Origin: Felis catus
Taxonomy: Eukaryota
DNA: 64,000 bases
Direction: 5' to 3'
Assembly (NCBI RefSeq): GCF_018350175.1
Contig: NC_058383.1
Span: 248,001-312,000, forward strand
The notes under the pieces were generated by a model. It ran no database searches. It was not told the DNA's origin and worked only from the letters and a program-made list of their open reading frames with translations. Each line of letters opens with the position of its first letter. Within the stretch, counting starts at the first letter, position 1. The position numbers and the translations under genes are program-made. Positions 36,153 through 49,189 of this stretch are shown here, piece by piece.

Positions 36153-37519
36153 CAGCATCTGAAGCCCAGGCGGGGTGGGCTGTGGGTCTGAGCGGGGGCC
36201 CTCCCTCGCCTGGTGCTGGATGCGTAGCAGGACGGGGCAGGAGGGGCAGGGCTATGTCCCCGCTGCCCTGGGCTGAGACAGCTGCTCCCTGGTCCACAGG
36301 ATGTGCCCTCAGCCCGAGGCTCGCAGCTCAGGCTCGCGCCCTAGCCTCCGGGCTCGTCCCGGGTGAGGGAGGGTGGTCTGCTTCCTGCTGGCCGCAGCCG
36401 CCCTCAGACTGGAGACCCGGCAAGTCAGCACATCAGCTGCTTCTCGTCATCGTGAGCCCTGCGACGCTGCCCTGCCGGCACAGAGCTGTGGACACCAGGG
36501 AAAGCGTCCGGACCTTCGATGTGCCCAGGTCCTGTCTGCCGCTCCCTTCACGCAAGTAAGGCAGGATGCCACGGAGAAGGCCAGCGGGGCCACACCAAAG
36601 CCATCACCCTGTTAACAGACCCTCGGGGCCACAGGGCGGCAGAGAGGTGACCTGATGAGAGACTGGTCCAGTCCCTGGGCGCTGCTGGCTCCACTGGGCT
36701 CTCATCAGCCTGGACTGAGGAATCACTCTTCTTGCAAAAGCCTTGGGGGATGGGCAGCACTTGATGTCTTAGGAGATGAAAGAGGCAAATGCTGCCAATT
36801 GCGTATTTTCCCCCAAACACACGAAGAAGACCTGTCAGCACACAGGGCGGGCTGCAGAGTTCGTGCACCACCCCTGCCCCCCGCCACCAAGGAGGCGCTT
36901 CTGTTTTGCTGTTTCGGCAGAGGGTGGCCGAGCACCAGCCCTGCGGACTTGCACCCTGGAGGGTCTGTTGGGACCGGGGGCAGACCCCACCAGCGCTGCA
37001 CGACCTGTGGGAGCAGACGGCAGGGGTCCGGAGTCTGTTCTCCAGTGATTCCCTCGGAGTCCTCTGTCCCCTTGAGAACTTTCCGTCGGGCTGATGCAGA
37101 ATCTCCACATCCCTGGGGGTTCTGACCCAGGCCCTATGTCCGGGCCTACAGCAGGCTCTGCTGCCTCCCAAAGGCCCTGTCCTGCTGCTCAAAGTCCCCC
37201 TGAGGTCACCTTCTTGTAGACTAGCCCTTTGAGGCTCCCCTCTCCATTGCTGATGAAAACCTGGCCACCAACAATTTCAGCAGGAGCCCCGAATGGCTTT
37301 TTTGGAGCAGAGGTTTGAGTAGGGCCTGGGGAGGGGGCAGGAGTCCCCGAGGAGAGGAGCAGCTGGACACGTGAGCTCTGGGGCTGCACAAGGAACCGCT
37401 CCCTCCTGCTGCCCCGGAGCCCACAGGGACCAGTTCTCACCTTGTTCTGGGGATCCCACCCAGCAGAGGGTGCCATTGACCACGAGCGAGCAGTGACTGC
37501 TGCTGTCTCTGCCTGAGGG

Positions 37520-37670
37520 CCTGTGTCTGGGTGTATCTGTGTGTGTCTGTGGGTATCTAGGTCCCTGTCCTGTGTGTCTGTGCCTGTATGTCTGTGTGGG
37601 TCTGCATGTATCTCTGTGTGTGTGTCTGTGGGTATCTAGGTCTCTGTCCTGTGTGTCTGTGTCTGTGTCT
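37520..37670. repeat. Degenerate TG/TCTG low-complexity repeat with internal duplication
   Basis: TGTGTGTCTGTGGGTATCTAGGTC-CTGTCCTGTGTGTCTGTG occurs twice. Confidence 0.8.
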
Positions 37671-38729
37671 ACTTGCTCACGGGACAGTCAGAAGCCACAG
37701 CCCACGCCTTTCTCTGTCTGGCCTACTTTTGGGGCCACAGGGAGGTCAGTGTCTTGGAAAATGAGCCCCATAGGACCTCTGACTCAGAGCCACTTCCTCC
37801 TGCCCCCACCCGCCCCCAAGGCTGGGAACACAGGCACCCACAATGCAGACCCACAGCCTGACTCACCCACCTGCTTGTGTCTAGCTGGCTTGGGTCCCGG
37901 GAAGGGCAGTCGAGGACATGGGGGGGGGGGGAGCCGTGAGGAGGCGGATCCCAGGGTCCCTCTGCACCCAGGGACTTGCAACACCCTCTCTGCCCAACGC
38001 CCTGATTGCTGAGAGGAGAAGGGTAAACCGTGGCTCCCCGGGGCTGACGCAAGTGCGGCTATCACTTTGTGTCCGCTCCTTCTGGTGTGAGCGTCTCATC
38101 TTGAACTTCCCCCTCACTTTCTTTAAGGTGATTTTCATTGACTGGGTTTTTAATGTATTCCGAAGTATTAGTCTCTTCTTTTATAGTTAGAGCTCTTCAC
38201 AGTGTATTTAAGAAATGCTTACTCCAACGTCGCGAATAACTCACTGACACATTCCAGGCAAAGTTTTTGAGAGCACCCCTGAATTTATGCCATGGGTCCA
38301 GGTGTAGCTGGTTCTGTGTATGTTGGGAAGCAAGGGTCCTATTTCTTGTCCCACACCCAGCGATTCCTCTCTTCTTTCAGGAGGGAAAACCCCACAGGAG
38401 AAAAGGGCAGTCAGATCCAAAAACATCCTTGGAGAAGGACAAAAGGGCTCCCAGGCCAAACGTCCACCCTGGGCAGGGCCCCACGTCTGGGGAGATGTGA
38501 AATTCTCCAGAATGAATTCCGTGTGGGATTGGATTGATTTCAATCCACTGTTATCCGAAGGATAAACATGAGAAACTCTCTTCCGGGGGTGAGTGTGCAG
38601 TTTTCACAATCAGCTAAATGCCATGGATGCCAGACTTTGGTGGTTTTTCTGTTTCCTTCCACTGTAAAGGTCAGAGTAGGGGACTGTGGGCCCCAAGCTG
38701 AAGAGAGGCGTGTGTTTCTGTATATGCAT

Positions 38730-38763
<34 letters not shown>

Positions 38764-40810
38764 ATGACGCTGTGTTTGTGCATATGTGTCTCCCTGTGAC
38801 GGAGTTGATGGCAGAAGGGTTTCCGCTCCAGACCCCATTAGGCCCCTTATCCATGAGTGTAGAGACACTGGCCCCCACATCTGTGTGCCCGGGGGAGGGG
38901 GTGCGGTGGGGAGTCAGAGGGCGACCCGGGGGCTCACATGGAGCATCTGCTCCCAGGGCCACGCGGTTTTCCTTTTGGAGGCAAACCCCACCTCCCCGGC
39001 CAGGAATCCGGCTCTGGGAGCTTCACCCTGGGCCCAGCACCTTCTCTCTTTTAGAAGCAGGACTGAGTCCCAGGCCCGGGGAAGGAGCAGCCTGTCTCAT
39101 GCAGGGGTCATGTCCACCCCACGCATCTTTTCCCCAGCTCCTCGGCAGGTCCGGGTGTCCACGCGACTGCTCCCTCCCTCCCTGGCACCCTCTCCCCCCC
39201 AGGACAGCCTCACGGGCCAGTCCACCCACTCGGGGCCTCCTCCACGGTCACTCAGGCAGGAAGATCCAGGGTGCTCTCCCTTCCTTCCCCCCTTGCTCGG
39301 GCCCTGCCTTCCATGTCCCAGAAGGGCTCCTGCAGGTTAGCTTCAGGCTGACGTCTGGCTCTGCCATTCCCAGCAGTCATCCTCCTCTCTCAGGTGGGAC
39401 GCAGAACACCTGCCACAGAGGGTAGCCTTGGGGGCAGGTCTCCCGGGCGGGGGACATGCAGGCACACATCCCCAGGTCCTGGGCAAAACCCCTAAGTAAA
39501 TGCAGAGGAAAGGAGGGATGTCTGAGTTAACGGTTGTGGGCCCACAGCGTAATCCTGGTCCCTAGCTAACTGAAACCCCCTCCCACAGAAAGCTGCTCTC
39601 CACACAGAGGCTGGAAATGCTTCTTAATGAACTATTTACTGCAAACACCTTTCACCTCCAACCTCGGTCTTGGAATCAAACCTGGCATTTGAAACAATAA
39701 TACAGAGAAGGGAGCTCTGTTAGCCAGCAGGACATTAAGAAAATCAAATTAAGTCATGCATTTTAACTCCCTTGCCTGCCTGGGCTCACCGCTGGAGAAA
39801 GGGAGAGAGAGCATGCAGCTTTCTGTAGTTTGCACAGTCCAGAGTTTTACTTATAAAACCCAAGAGGCTGTGACCAAAATGGGCAGACCAAGCAATTCAT
39901 TACAGATGAGGATCTTCAATGCTCATCTTGGGCCAGTGCAGACGGAAGGTGCTGGGCTAAAGAGTTTAGTCTGTACAAAAAGGAAATTCATTTCATTTAG
40001 GAGTTTCTCACTGATAAACCCCCGGGCAGGGGACGCCTCTGGCCACCTGGGAGGACAGCCCATATGTGGTCCCAGGAGAAGGAAACCGACTGGACACCCC
40101 GATTAGTTAATCTTTGGAATCTGAAGACACCAAGGCTTCAGGTCACAAGACCAGTTGAGTGTTTGCCTGTGTGGACTTGGGCACGAGAATAAGCAGATGT
40201 GGGGATAATCCGGGAAATCTGAAGACAAATGATGTCGTAGCTTTGTGGCTCTTTGGACTCAACTGGCCTGGGAGACAGGTCGCGTTCTCACCTCTTCACA
40301 CTGGACCGGATGGCGTACGTCACAGCCCAGCCTGGGCATCTCTTCTTGAAATGAGCATATTTTGTGTGGGGTCTCTCCATCGATTTTCTGCATGAACATA
40401 TCCTGAACACATCTTTCTTTTCTAAAATCTGTTGAAATCTCTAGTTTGCTCATAACTTCTGTCTCTACTGGAACCCTGGTTTTTTTGATGCCATGGACAT
40501 TTCTTTATATGCATCAATAATTACACTTTGAGTGTAGATATGCTGGAGGCAAACATGTTGAGCAGTCCACCATCATGAACTGCAACAGTGATGCCCAACC
40601 AGTCGTCATGGACACACGTTTGCTTCAAAACCTAATGAGCACAAGCAATGTTTCAGGCCAGTTCTCTGGGTTCTAAGACCAGGACGTGGATGCCAAAACA
40701 TGGTCAGTTCCTCTGAGTATTTTAGTGTTGATGTTCATAACTTTACATTCTAGGGTTTCTGTACTGAGCATAGACTGTGTTTGAAGTCAAAAGAATGTCA
40801 CACAAGTAAC

Positions 40811-41063
40811 AAAAAAGAAAGAAAAAAAAGAAAAGAAAAGAAAAGAAAAGAAAAGAAAAGAAAAGAGGAAAGGAAAGGAAAGGAAAGGAAAGGAAAGGAA
40901 AGGAAAGGAAAGGAAAGAAAAGGAAAAGAAAAGGAAAAGAAAAGAGGAAAGGAAAGGAAAGGAAAGGAAAGGAAAGGAAAGGAAAGGAAAGGAAAGGAAA
41001 GGAAAGGAAAGGAAAGGAAAGGAGAGAGACAGAGAGAGGGAGAGAGAGAGGGAGGGAGGGAGG
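40811..41063 (+). repeat. Polypurine microsatellite (GAAAA)n/(GGAAA)n/(GA)n/(GGGA)n
   Basis: 253 bp with a single pyrimidine (C at 41030). Confidence 0.97.
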
Positions 41064-41074
41064 CAACCAAGCCC

Positions 41075-42105
41075 CTCATTACCTCGTACCCATTAGGGTG
41101 GCCACTATCAGAAAAACAAAAAGCACAGGAAACAACCAGTGCTGGCAACTGCATGGAGAAATGGGGACCCTTGTGCACTGTTGGTGGAAGTTGTAAAATG
41201 GTACAGCTGCCATGGAAAACAGTAGGGTTGTTTTTGTTTTTGTTTTTGTTTTTCCAAAAAGCTAACAATAGATCATCATGTGATCCAGCAGTGTCACTTC
41301 TGCTCTATCCCCAAAAGCACTGGCAATAGGGTCTTGAAGAGATATTTGTAGGGGCGCCTGGGTGGCTCAGTTGATTAAGCATCCGACTTCTGCTCAGGTC
41401 ACGATCTCGCCATTTGTGATGTCCGAGTTCAAGCCCCACGTCAGGCTCTGTGCTGACAGCTCAGAGCCTGGAGCCTGTTTCGGATTCTGTGTCTCCCTCT
41501 CTCTCTGTCCCTCCCCTGCCCATGCTCTCTCTCTTAAAAATAAATAGACTCTAAAAATTAAAAAAAAGAAGAAGAGATATTTGTACAGCCATGTTCACAG
41601 CAACACTATTCACACAGCTGGTAACTGGAAGCAGCTCAAGACATCCGGCGATGGATGAGCGGATAAGCAACACAGGCACGCGATGGGATGTTACTGAGGC
41701 TTTAGAAAGGAGGACATCTTGGGACGTGCTACCACAGGGGTGAAACTTGAGGACATTGTGCTGAGTGAAAGAAGCCACACAGAGAAGGACACACACTAGG
41801 ACCTGCTCGCATGAGGTCCCAGAGTCATCAGACTCACAGACACAGAAGGACACACACTAGGATCCGCTCACACGAGGTCCCAGCGTCATTAGATTCACAG
41901 ACACTGAGTAGACAGTGGAGCCGGGGCTGAGGGAGCAGGTGGGGGTCTGTGTGTAACAGGGCCAGTGTCTCAGCGTGGGGAGATGGAACATTCTGGAGAT
42001 GGACTGTGGGGATGCCTACACAATAGTGCGAACAGGCTGACTATGCTTGAACGATTGGTTTAAAAAGGCTAATATAGAAAATTTTATGTTGTGTGTTTTT
42101 ACCAC
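41075..42105 (+). mobile_element. L1MB-type 3' end relic with an internal 61-bp tandem duplication (~41785-41905)
   Basis: GGACCCTTGTGCACTGTTGGTGG...GAGATATTTGTACAGCCATGTTCAC...CTTGAGGACATTGTGCTGAGTGAAA...AATTTTATGTTGTGTGTTTTTACCAC; AAGGACACACACTAGGA at 41785 and 41846. Confidence 0.82.
41351..41570 (+). mobile_element. CanSINE inserted in L1
   Basis: Perfect TSD GAAGAGATATTTGTA at 41336-41350 and 41571-41585. Confidence 0.95.
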
Positions 42106-42109
42106 CGAA

Positions 42110-42427
42110 CAGTGAGTCCCCTCGAGCTGCCGTCACAGATCACTCAGCCTGAGTGGCTTAGGAAGAGCAGACGACTATCCACCAGTCTGTGGCAGAAGGT
42201 CCAAGATCAAGGAACCAGTGGATCTGGTGTCTCGTGAGGTTCACAGATGGCGTCTCCTCGTGTGTGTGCAGGCTCGGTGGAAGGGGTGAGGGGCCTGCTT
42301 TACAAGGGCGCTAAGCTCCAACCCATGACCTAATCACCCCAAAGGCCTCAGCATCTAACAGCATTACGCGGAGGATTCAGTCTCGGTGTATGCATTTAGA
42401 GGGACACAAACATGTGGTCCGTAGCAG
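42110..42427 (-). mobile_element. MaLR LTR (MLT1A-like)
   Basis: GTCCAAGATCAAGG...CATGACCTAATCACCCCAAAGGCC...GGGACACAAACATGTGGTCCGTAGCA. Confidence 0.72.
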
Positions 42428-42949
42428 ACCTCTTTTCTCTCCTAAATATGCTGGGTAGGGAATCTGTCCACAGAGTCGATTCCTGTGGGCCGGGCCAGGC
42501 TCAGTAGGTGCCCCTGCCTTCTCTCCCAGTCCTGCCAGGAAGCCAGGACGGTGGATGATGTTGCCTGAGGCTCCATGGTGGTGACATCGCCTCCCTTTCC
42601 AGGAAGAGAGCTCCTCCCTGGGGCGTGGGGAAGGGGGACGGCCACCTGCCTGAGGCCTCAACGCTGCCAGGAAATCAGGGTGGTGGCTCTGGCTCAGTGT
42701 AGGATCTTCAGGCATTAGTGAGTAAGAGGGGCTCCTTAGCTTGCCCCCACCCCCACCCCCACCTCCCACACCCCGATCCCGTCCTCCTGGCAAAGGAGCG
42801 GGCTGCTTTGACGCTCTCTGCTTTCACGCGGGAAGTTGCTTCCCGTGACCTCCCAAATTCAAGCTCAAGTAACCAATGGCATGCACAGCCTCCCCAGACT
42901 GACATCTGGGGGCACACAATTGTCCCTCCACGCATCTCAATAAAGCAGC

Positions 42950-43560
42950 TTAAGAAATAAAGACATTGCAGGCATAATGACTGCTTTCCAAAGAGTACAG
43001 CGTAAGAGGAGGGGAATCAGTACCTTCACGATGGAGAAATCTGACAGACACAACCTCAGTCAAATGACCCAGGTCACATCCCGAGTGACGTGTTGTTTTG
43101 ACAGCATGGACCCCGACAGGGTGCGCTGAGGGTGCTGCTTCCCTTCTGTGGTCTGTGTCCCAAATGCCACCCCAGTGTAATCCTGAGAAGAGCACAGAAA
43201 AATCCTTACTGAGGGACCTTCCTCCTTAAAACTGCCAAAAATCACCACAAAATGGGAGAAGTCTGAGAATCTGTCACAGCCAAGAGACTTCTAAGGAGAT
43301 GTGATAACTAACTGGAAAGTGGTATTTTGGATGGGATTCTGGGTACAGATCGAGTACGCTAAGGAAAAAGGCAAGGAAACCTGACACAATGTGTTACTTT
43401 AGTTAATAATGGTATACCAATATTGTTAATTAATTGTGACAAATGGGCCATACTAAAGTAAGACATTAATAATAGAGGAGCCTGGAGGTGGAGTATATGA
43501 GAAATTATTGTCAGGATTTTCTCTAAATCTAAAAATAGTCAAAAATTAAAATTGTATTAA
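42950..43560 (+). mobile_element. L1MC-type 3' end relic
   Basis: GACTGCTTTCCAAAGAGTACAG...GGAGAAATCTGACAGACAC...AGTCTGAGAATCTGTCACAGCCAAGAG; paralogous to 22040-23060. Confidence 0.75.
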
Positions 43561-43625
43561 AAACAATTTTTTAAATAAAGGCAGGGCTCTCTGATATCAA
43601 TATGTGCCGTGAAAATGCATTCATT

Positions 43626-43844
43626 GGGGCGCCTGGGTGGCTCAGTCGGTTAAGCATCCGACTTCAGCTCAGGTCACGATCTCACGGTCCGTGAGTTCGA
43701 GCCCCGCGTCGGGCTCTGGGCTGCTGGCTCGGAGCCTGGAGCCTGCTTCCGATTCTGTGTCTCCCTCTCTCTCTGCCCCTCCCCCGTTCATGCTCTGTCT
43801 CTCTCTGTCTCAAAAATAAAATAAACGTTAAAAAAATTTTTTTA
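43626..43844 (+). mobile_element. CanSINE
   Basis: Perfect TSD GAAAATGCATTCATT at 43611-43625 and 43845-43859. Confidence 0.95.
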
Positions 43845-45937
43845 GAAAATGCATTCATTAATAACCAGGAAAAACACCCTCAATGCACCAGCATGCACAC
43901 ACACACACGCACTTAACATATGCACAGGGAGCACCAGCATGCACACACACACTGAACATATGCACAGGGTGAGAGCCGAGGAGCTGACTCTGGCATCGCA
44001 AGGAACAGAATCCAAAAGGCAATCACATTGCCACGTGTTATGCTAATATAATTATTGGAATTCCCAGTCAAAAACAGTTAATTGAATAATTAAGATAGAT
44101 TGACCTAAAAGTTGATTTAAAATTAACCTGATATGTGCATATTATCTAAATAATGACTCTCTCCTACGATCTAGCCTCTCATTAAAACAAAATCCCTTTG
44201 GGATAAATTATACACTTCGCACATGATTGGGAAGAACAAGCCACACTCAGCCCCCCACTGATGAATGTGAGGGAACCAAGTGAAAGTGAACAAGCCTGGC
44301 CTTCCCTGTGTGGTGCCGCCTCTCGCTGTAACCAACTAGCCTCCCTCCCACCTGTCCTCAGGAAATGCTGGGGGCCCTATAAAATGGCACCAGCGAAGGA
44401 CCTCAGACCACTAAGTGTGCTGCTGAAGCTCCTCCTAGAGGGCAGTTGGGCAGGGGAGGACCCATGGGGCTGGGGTCTTGCAGGTGCACTGATGCCAGGG
44501 AAGACAAGTGCCCACCTCCAACACATAGGCACCTCTCGCATGATGTGGATGCGTCCAGTTCGATTTTCCAGAAGCGAGGACAGCAGGGCCAAGGAAGAGG
44601 AAGGGCTTGTTGGAAACCCATCACAGAGCCTGTGGCCAGGGTGGGAGCAGAAGCTATGCTCCGGGTCGTGTTCCCCACTGCACAGCTCCTCCTCTTTCCC
44701 TCATGATTTCCTACAGGAGCCCATGGTGAGGTGTGCCAATCTATGGGGTCCTGCTGGAGCACTCCAGGCTCCCAAGGCTATGCCTGGGGTTTGGCCCACG
44801 GTAGGTGAGCTGTTTTTGCTCTCCCTGTATCTCCAGACAGCTGCCTGCCGGGAGCCCGTGCTCCTGGCGGAAGACCACACGGGGCACGGGGCCGGGTCCT
44901 CATTCATCGTGAGCCGGAAGTTACCTTGATAACATCGTTTAAAATGGGTCTCCCTCTCGACATTGTTAGGAGACAAAGAATTTCCCTCCTTAACATCATT
45001 CAGATTCTTAGCAGAGCGAGGAAACACGGGACACTACAAAATGATCTATTACTGAAAGGGTTTTTAACATTCTACTGAGGAAAACCACTCACCACCATGC
45101 GTCCATCCTCCTGGCCATCAGCATAAGGCAGGGATTGGTTGCATTCTTTCTGTATCTGTCTGATTTCTCCAGAATCTTCTCTTCAAAGAGAAATCTCTGT
45201 ACCTCCGAGACAGGCCAGAAGAAAAGAGGGGGCGGGAGGTGGGAAGTGGTGATAAGGAAAAGCCGGCCTTCACTTTCAGTCGCAGGCTGAGCGTCTGAGC
45301 TCATCTCCAAATCTCCAGAGAAAGTAAACACCACCAGGAGTCAGAGTGGTTGGCCCTGACACACAGCGTAGGGCAGATGGAGCCAAGAGCCAAACCGCCA
45401 TGGCCACTTGCAGAGAAAGAAACCAGAGCCGGGGGGGGGGAGGGGGGGCGGCACCATCGAACACAGCTTGAAAAGGGTCACTAATGGAAATAAGAAGACA
45501 CACTTCGCAGAAAAGTGAAGACAGTTTCGTGGTTCTCAGAGATTTACAAATACTGTGTGTTCTTCAGGAAGCACACCGAGGCAATCGGCCTTTGAGGGTG
45601 ATAATGGAAATGACTCTGAGCTCAGTCACTGTTTCTGAATTACAACAGTCCAGCACTCACTCCTTAACCACGCGGAAGATGACCAAGGCCCACTCGCCAG
45701 ATTCCGAGGGGAGCAGGAAGGGTGACGGGGCGGCCCCCGGACCACAGACGGCTCGGCAGATGCACGCTTCACAAATATTTTCTGCCATTCTGGGCTGTAG
45801 ATTGTGAATTATCCTTTTCCTTTCTTAATTTTCTCCTTTATGCACTAAAGTTTCTCACTTTAAGGGAGAAAAATTACCTGTTTTTCTTATGTTCCTGGAG
45901 CTTTGATATCATACCTAAGAAACCACTGCCAAATCCA

Positions 45938-47040
45938 GGGAAACAAAAGCAAAATGAACTACAGGGACCTCATCAAGATAAAAAGCTTCTGCACAGCGAA
46001 CCAATCAATCAGCAAAACTAAAAGGCAACCGACGGAATGGGAGAAGATATTTGCAAATGACATATCAGATAAAGGGTCAGTATCCAAAATCTTATCAAAC
46101 TCAACACCCAAAACACAAAAAATCCGGTGAAGAAATGGGCAGAAGACATGAAGAGACACTTTTCCAAAGAAGACATCCAGGTGGCCAACCGACACATGAA
46201 AAAATGCTCAACATCACTCATCATCAAGGAAACACAAATCAAAACCACACTGAGATACCACCTCACACCTGTCAGAGTGGCTCACGTTAACAACTCAGAA
46301 AACAACAGATGCTGGAGAGGATGCAGAGAAAGAGGATCTCTTTTGCACTGCTGGTGGGAATGCAAACTGGTGCAGCCGCTCTGGAAAACAGTGTGGAGGT
46401 TCCTCAAAAAAATAAAAACAGAACTACCCTACAACCCAGCAGTTGCACTACTAGGAATTTATTCAAAGGATACAGGAGTGCTGATTTGAAGGGGCACGTG
46501 CACCCCAATGTTTATAGAACTTTCAACAATAGCCAAATTATGGAAAAAGCCCAAATGTCCATCGACTGATGGATGGATAAAGAAAATGTGGTTCATATAT
46601 ACAATGGAGTAGTACTCGGTGATCAAAAAGAATGAAATCTTGCCATGTGCACCAACATGGTTGGAATTAGAGTATATTACGCTGAGTGAAGGAAGTCAGT
46701 CAGAGAAAGACAAATATCATATGGTTTCACTCATATGTGGAATTTAAGAAACAAAACAGATGAACCTAGAGGAAGGGAAGCAAAAACAATATAAAACCAG
46801 AGGGGGAGACTCTTAAATACAGAGAACAAACTGAGGGTTTCTGGCAGGGTGTTGGGTGCGGGGATGGGCTAAAGGGGGGAGGGGCACTACAGAGGGCACT
46901 TGTTGGAAGAGTGCTGGGTGTTGTGTGTAAGATTCTATTCCTGAAATTATTATTACGCTATATGTTAACTAACTTGGATTTAAATGTTTAAAAATAATTA
47001 AAAACTTGAATAAAAACTCAATGAAATGGAAAAAAACAAA
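45938..47040 (+). mobile_element. 5'-truncated carnivore L1 (ORF2 C-terminus plus 3'UTR) inserted into an older minus-strand L1
   Basis: ORF track gives [32 protein letters not shown]...[22 protein letters not shown] (L1 ORF2 C-terminal Cys-rich domain); TSD AAGAA(AC/GT)CACTGCCAAATCCA at 45917-45937 and 47041-47061. Confidence 0.95.
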
Positions 47041-47258
47041 AAGAAGTCACTGCCAAATCCAAGGTCATGGGGGGTTATGCCTATGTTTTCTTCTACAAAT
47101 TTTATTATTTTGCTCTTACACATAGGCCTTTGATGTCTTTTGAGTTCATTTTTTTTATGGGGTGAGATAAGGGTTCAAGTTCATTTTCTTGTATGTGGGT
47201 ATCCAGTTGTCCCCTCACCTGTAGTAAGTGTTTGCAAGTTTTTTTAAGATTTTTTCCT

Positions 47259-47478
47259 GGGGCGCCTGGGTGGCTCAGTCGGTTGTGTCTGACTCTTGAT
47301 TTCGGCTCAGGTCATGATTTCACGGTTCCTGAGTTCAAGCCCTGCATCGGTCTCTGTGCTGACAGCATGGAGCCTGCTTGGGATTCTCTCTTTCCCTCTC
47401 TCTCTGCCCCGCTCCCAAGCTCGCTGGCTCTCTCTCTCTCTCTCTCAAAATTAATAAATAAACTTAAAAAAATTTTTT
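47259..47478 (+). mobile_element. CanSINE (older type)
   Basis: GGGGCGCCTGGGTGGCTCAG head with GACTCTTGATTTCGGCTCAGG; CT tract; A tail. Confidence 0.92.
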
Positions 47479-47540
47479 TCTTTATGTATGATTCTGGATA
47501 CAGATGTATTTATGATATGTGCACAAAGAGGTGTAAAGAT

Positions 47541-47752
47541 GGGGCGCCTGGGTGGCGCAGTCGGTTAAGCGTCCGACTTCAGCCAGGTCACGATCTCGCG
47601 GTCCGTGAGTTCGAGCCCCGCGTCAGGCTCTGGGCTGATGGCTCAGAGCCTGGAGCCTGTTTCCGATTCTGTGTCTCCCTCTCTCTCTGCCCCTCGCCCG
47701 TTCATGCTCTGTCTCTCTCTGTCCCAAAAATAAATAAACGTTGAAAAAAAAA
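47541..47752 (+). mobile_element. CanSINE (SINEC_Fc-type), young
   Basis: TSD AAAGAGGTGTAAAGA at 47525-47539 and 47753-47767. Confidence 0.95.
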
Positions 47753-47989
47753 AAAGAGGTGTAAAGAGGCAATTTACTTCTCCCTTCTCAATTTTTATGA
47801 TTTTGATTTTATTTCAAACTATCTGTGTCTTTGTATTTAAAGTGCAGCTTTCGTAGACAGCATATACTTGGCTCTTATTTTTCTATCCATCCTGACAATC
47901 GCTGCCTTCTAACCTTAACCTTGACCCACAAATGCCTACAATAAATATGAACCAAGATGGCAGTGCAGAAGTTACCAGCACAGTTGTTC

Positions 47990-48890
47990 AGGCAGTAAAG
48001 TGGGAGGCTTCCCACTACCTGATTTCACATGTACTAGAAAGCTATAGGAATCAAAACACCATAGTACTGGCATAAGACAGACATTTGGAGCAATGGACCA
48101 GAATAGAGGGCTCAGAAATAACTCCCCACATTTATGGTAAATTGACCTTTGACGAAGGTGCCGGGAACACACAACGGGGAAACTCTCTTCAACAAATAGT
48201 GTTTGGAAAACTGGTTTTCCACACACAGAAGGATGAAATTGGATCCTTAATTCACTCCCCATGTAAAAATCAACTCAAAATGGATTAAAAACCTAAATTT
48301 AAGACCTGGAACCATAAAATCATTATGAGAAAATATAGAGGAAAAGCTTCTTGAGATTGGTCTGTACAGTGCTTCTTGGCTATGACCCCAAAATTACAGG
48401 CACCAAAAGCAAAAATAGACAAATAGAATTCAGTCAAACTGAAAACCTACCTCACAGCACAGGAAACCATCGACAAGTGCAGAGACAGCCTACAGATGGG
48501 GAGAGAATATTTGCCAATTGTACATCTGGTAAGAGGCTAATATTGAAAATATAAGGAACTCATACAACTCAATAGCAAGAAATAAACAACTCGATTACAA
48601 ATAAACAAAGGATGCAAAGAGACATTTCTCAAAAGAAGACATGCAGATGGTCAACAGATATATGAAAAGATGCTCAATATCACTAATCCTCAGGGAAATG
48701 CAAACCAAACCATAATGTCACCTCGCATACGTTAGAATGGTTATTATTGGAAAAAAAAAAAAAAAACAACACTCAAGATAGCAGGTATCAGCGAGGATGT
48801 AGAGAAGGGAACCCTCATGCACTGTTGGTGGGAAGGCAAACTGGTGCAGCCACTCCAAAAAACAGTATGGAGGTTCCTCAAGAAATTAAC
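47990..48890 (+). mobile_element. L1 ORF2 3' relic
   Basis: ORF track EQWTRIEGSEITPHIYGKLTFDEGA matches L1 [25 protein letters not shown]. Confidence 0.9.
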
Positions 48891-48894
48891 AACA

Positions 48895-49180
48895 GGCCCA
48901 AACACCTTTGGGGTGATTAGATCATAGGGTTGGAGTCCTCACGAATGGATCGGTGCCTTTTCAGAAGAGGTTCCAGAGAGATCTCTGGTCCTGTCCACCA
49001 TGGGAGGACACAGAGAAGGTGCTGGCCATGAACTAAGAAGGGGCCTTCATCAGAACATGACCATGCTGGCATCTTGATCTTGGCCTTCCAGCCTCCAGAA
49101 CTGTGGGAAACAAACTGCCGTTCTTTCGAAGTCACCCAGTCTGTGGCATTTTGTTATAGCAGCCCAAATGGACTAAGACA
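48895..49180 (+). mobile_element. MaLR LTR fragment (MLT1A0-like)
   Basis: GACCATGCTGGCATCTTGATCTTGGCCTTCCAGCCTCCAGAACTGTGGGAAA...GTTATAGCAGCCCAAATGGACTAAGACA. Confidence 0.82.
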
Positions 49181-49189
49181 AATTCCCCA

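Noticed and set aside
38568..39425. 285-aa ORF
   Set aside because: Runs through a (TG)n microsatellite, has low-complexity GC-driven composition and no domain.
40743..41329. Lys/Glu/Arg-rich and Phe/Ser-rich ORFs
   Set aside because: Translations of the polypurine microsatellite.
45093..45200. Second minus-strand exon candidate with a GTGAGT donor
   Set aside because: It would leave a 59-nt intron to the 44925-45033 candidate and break the frame; weak acceptor.
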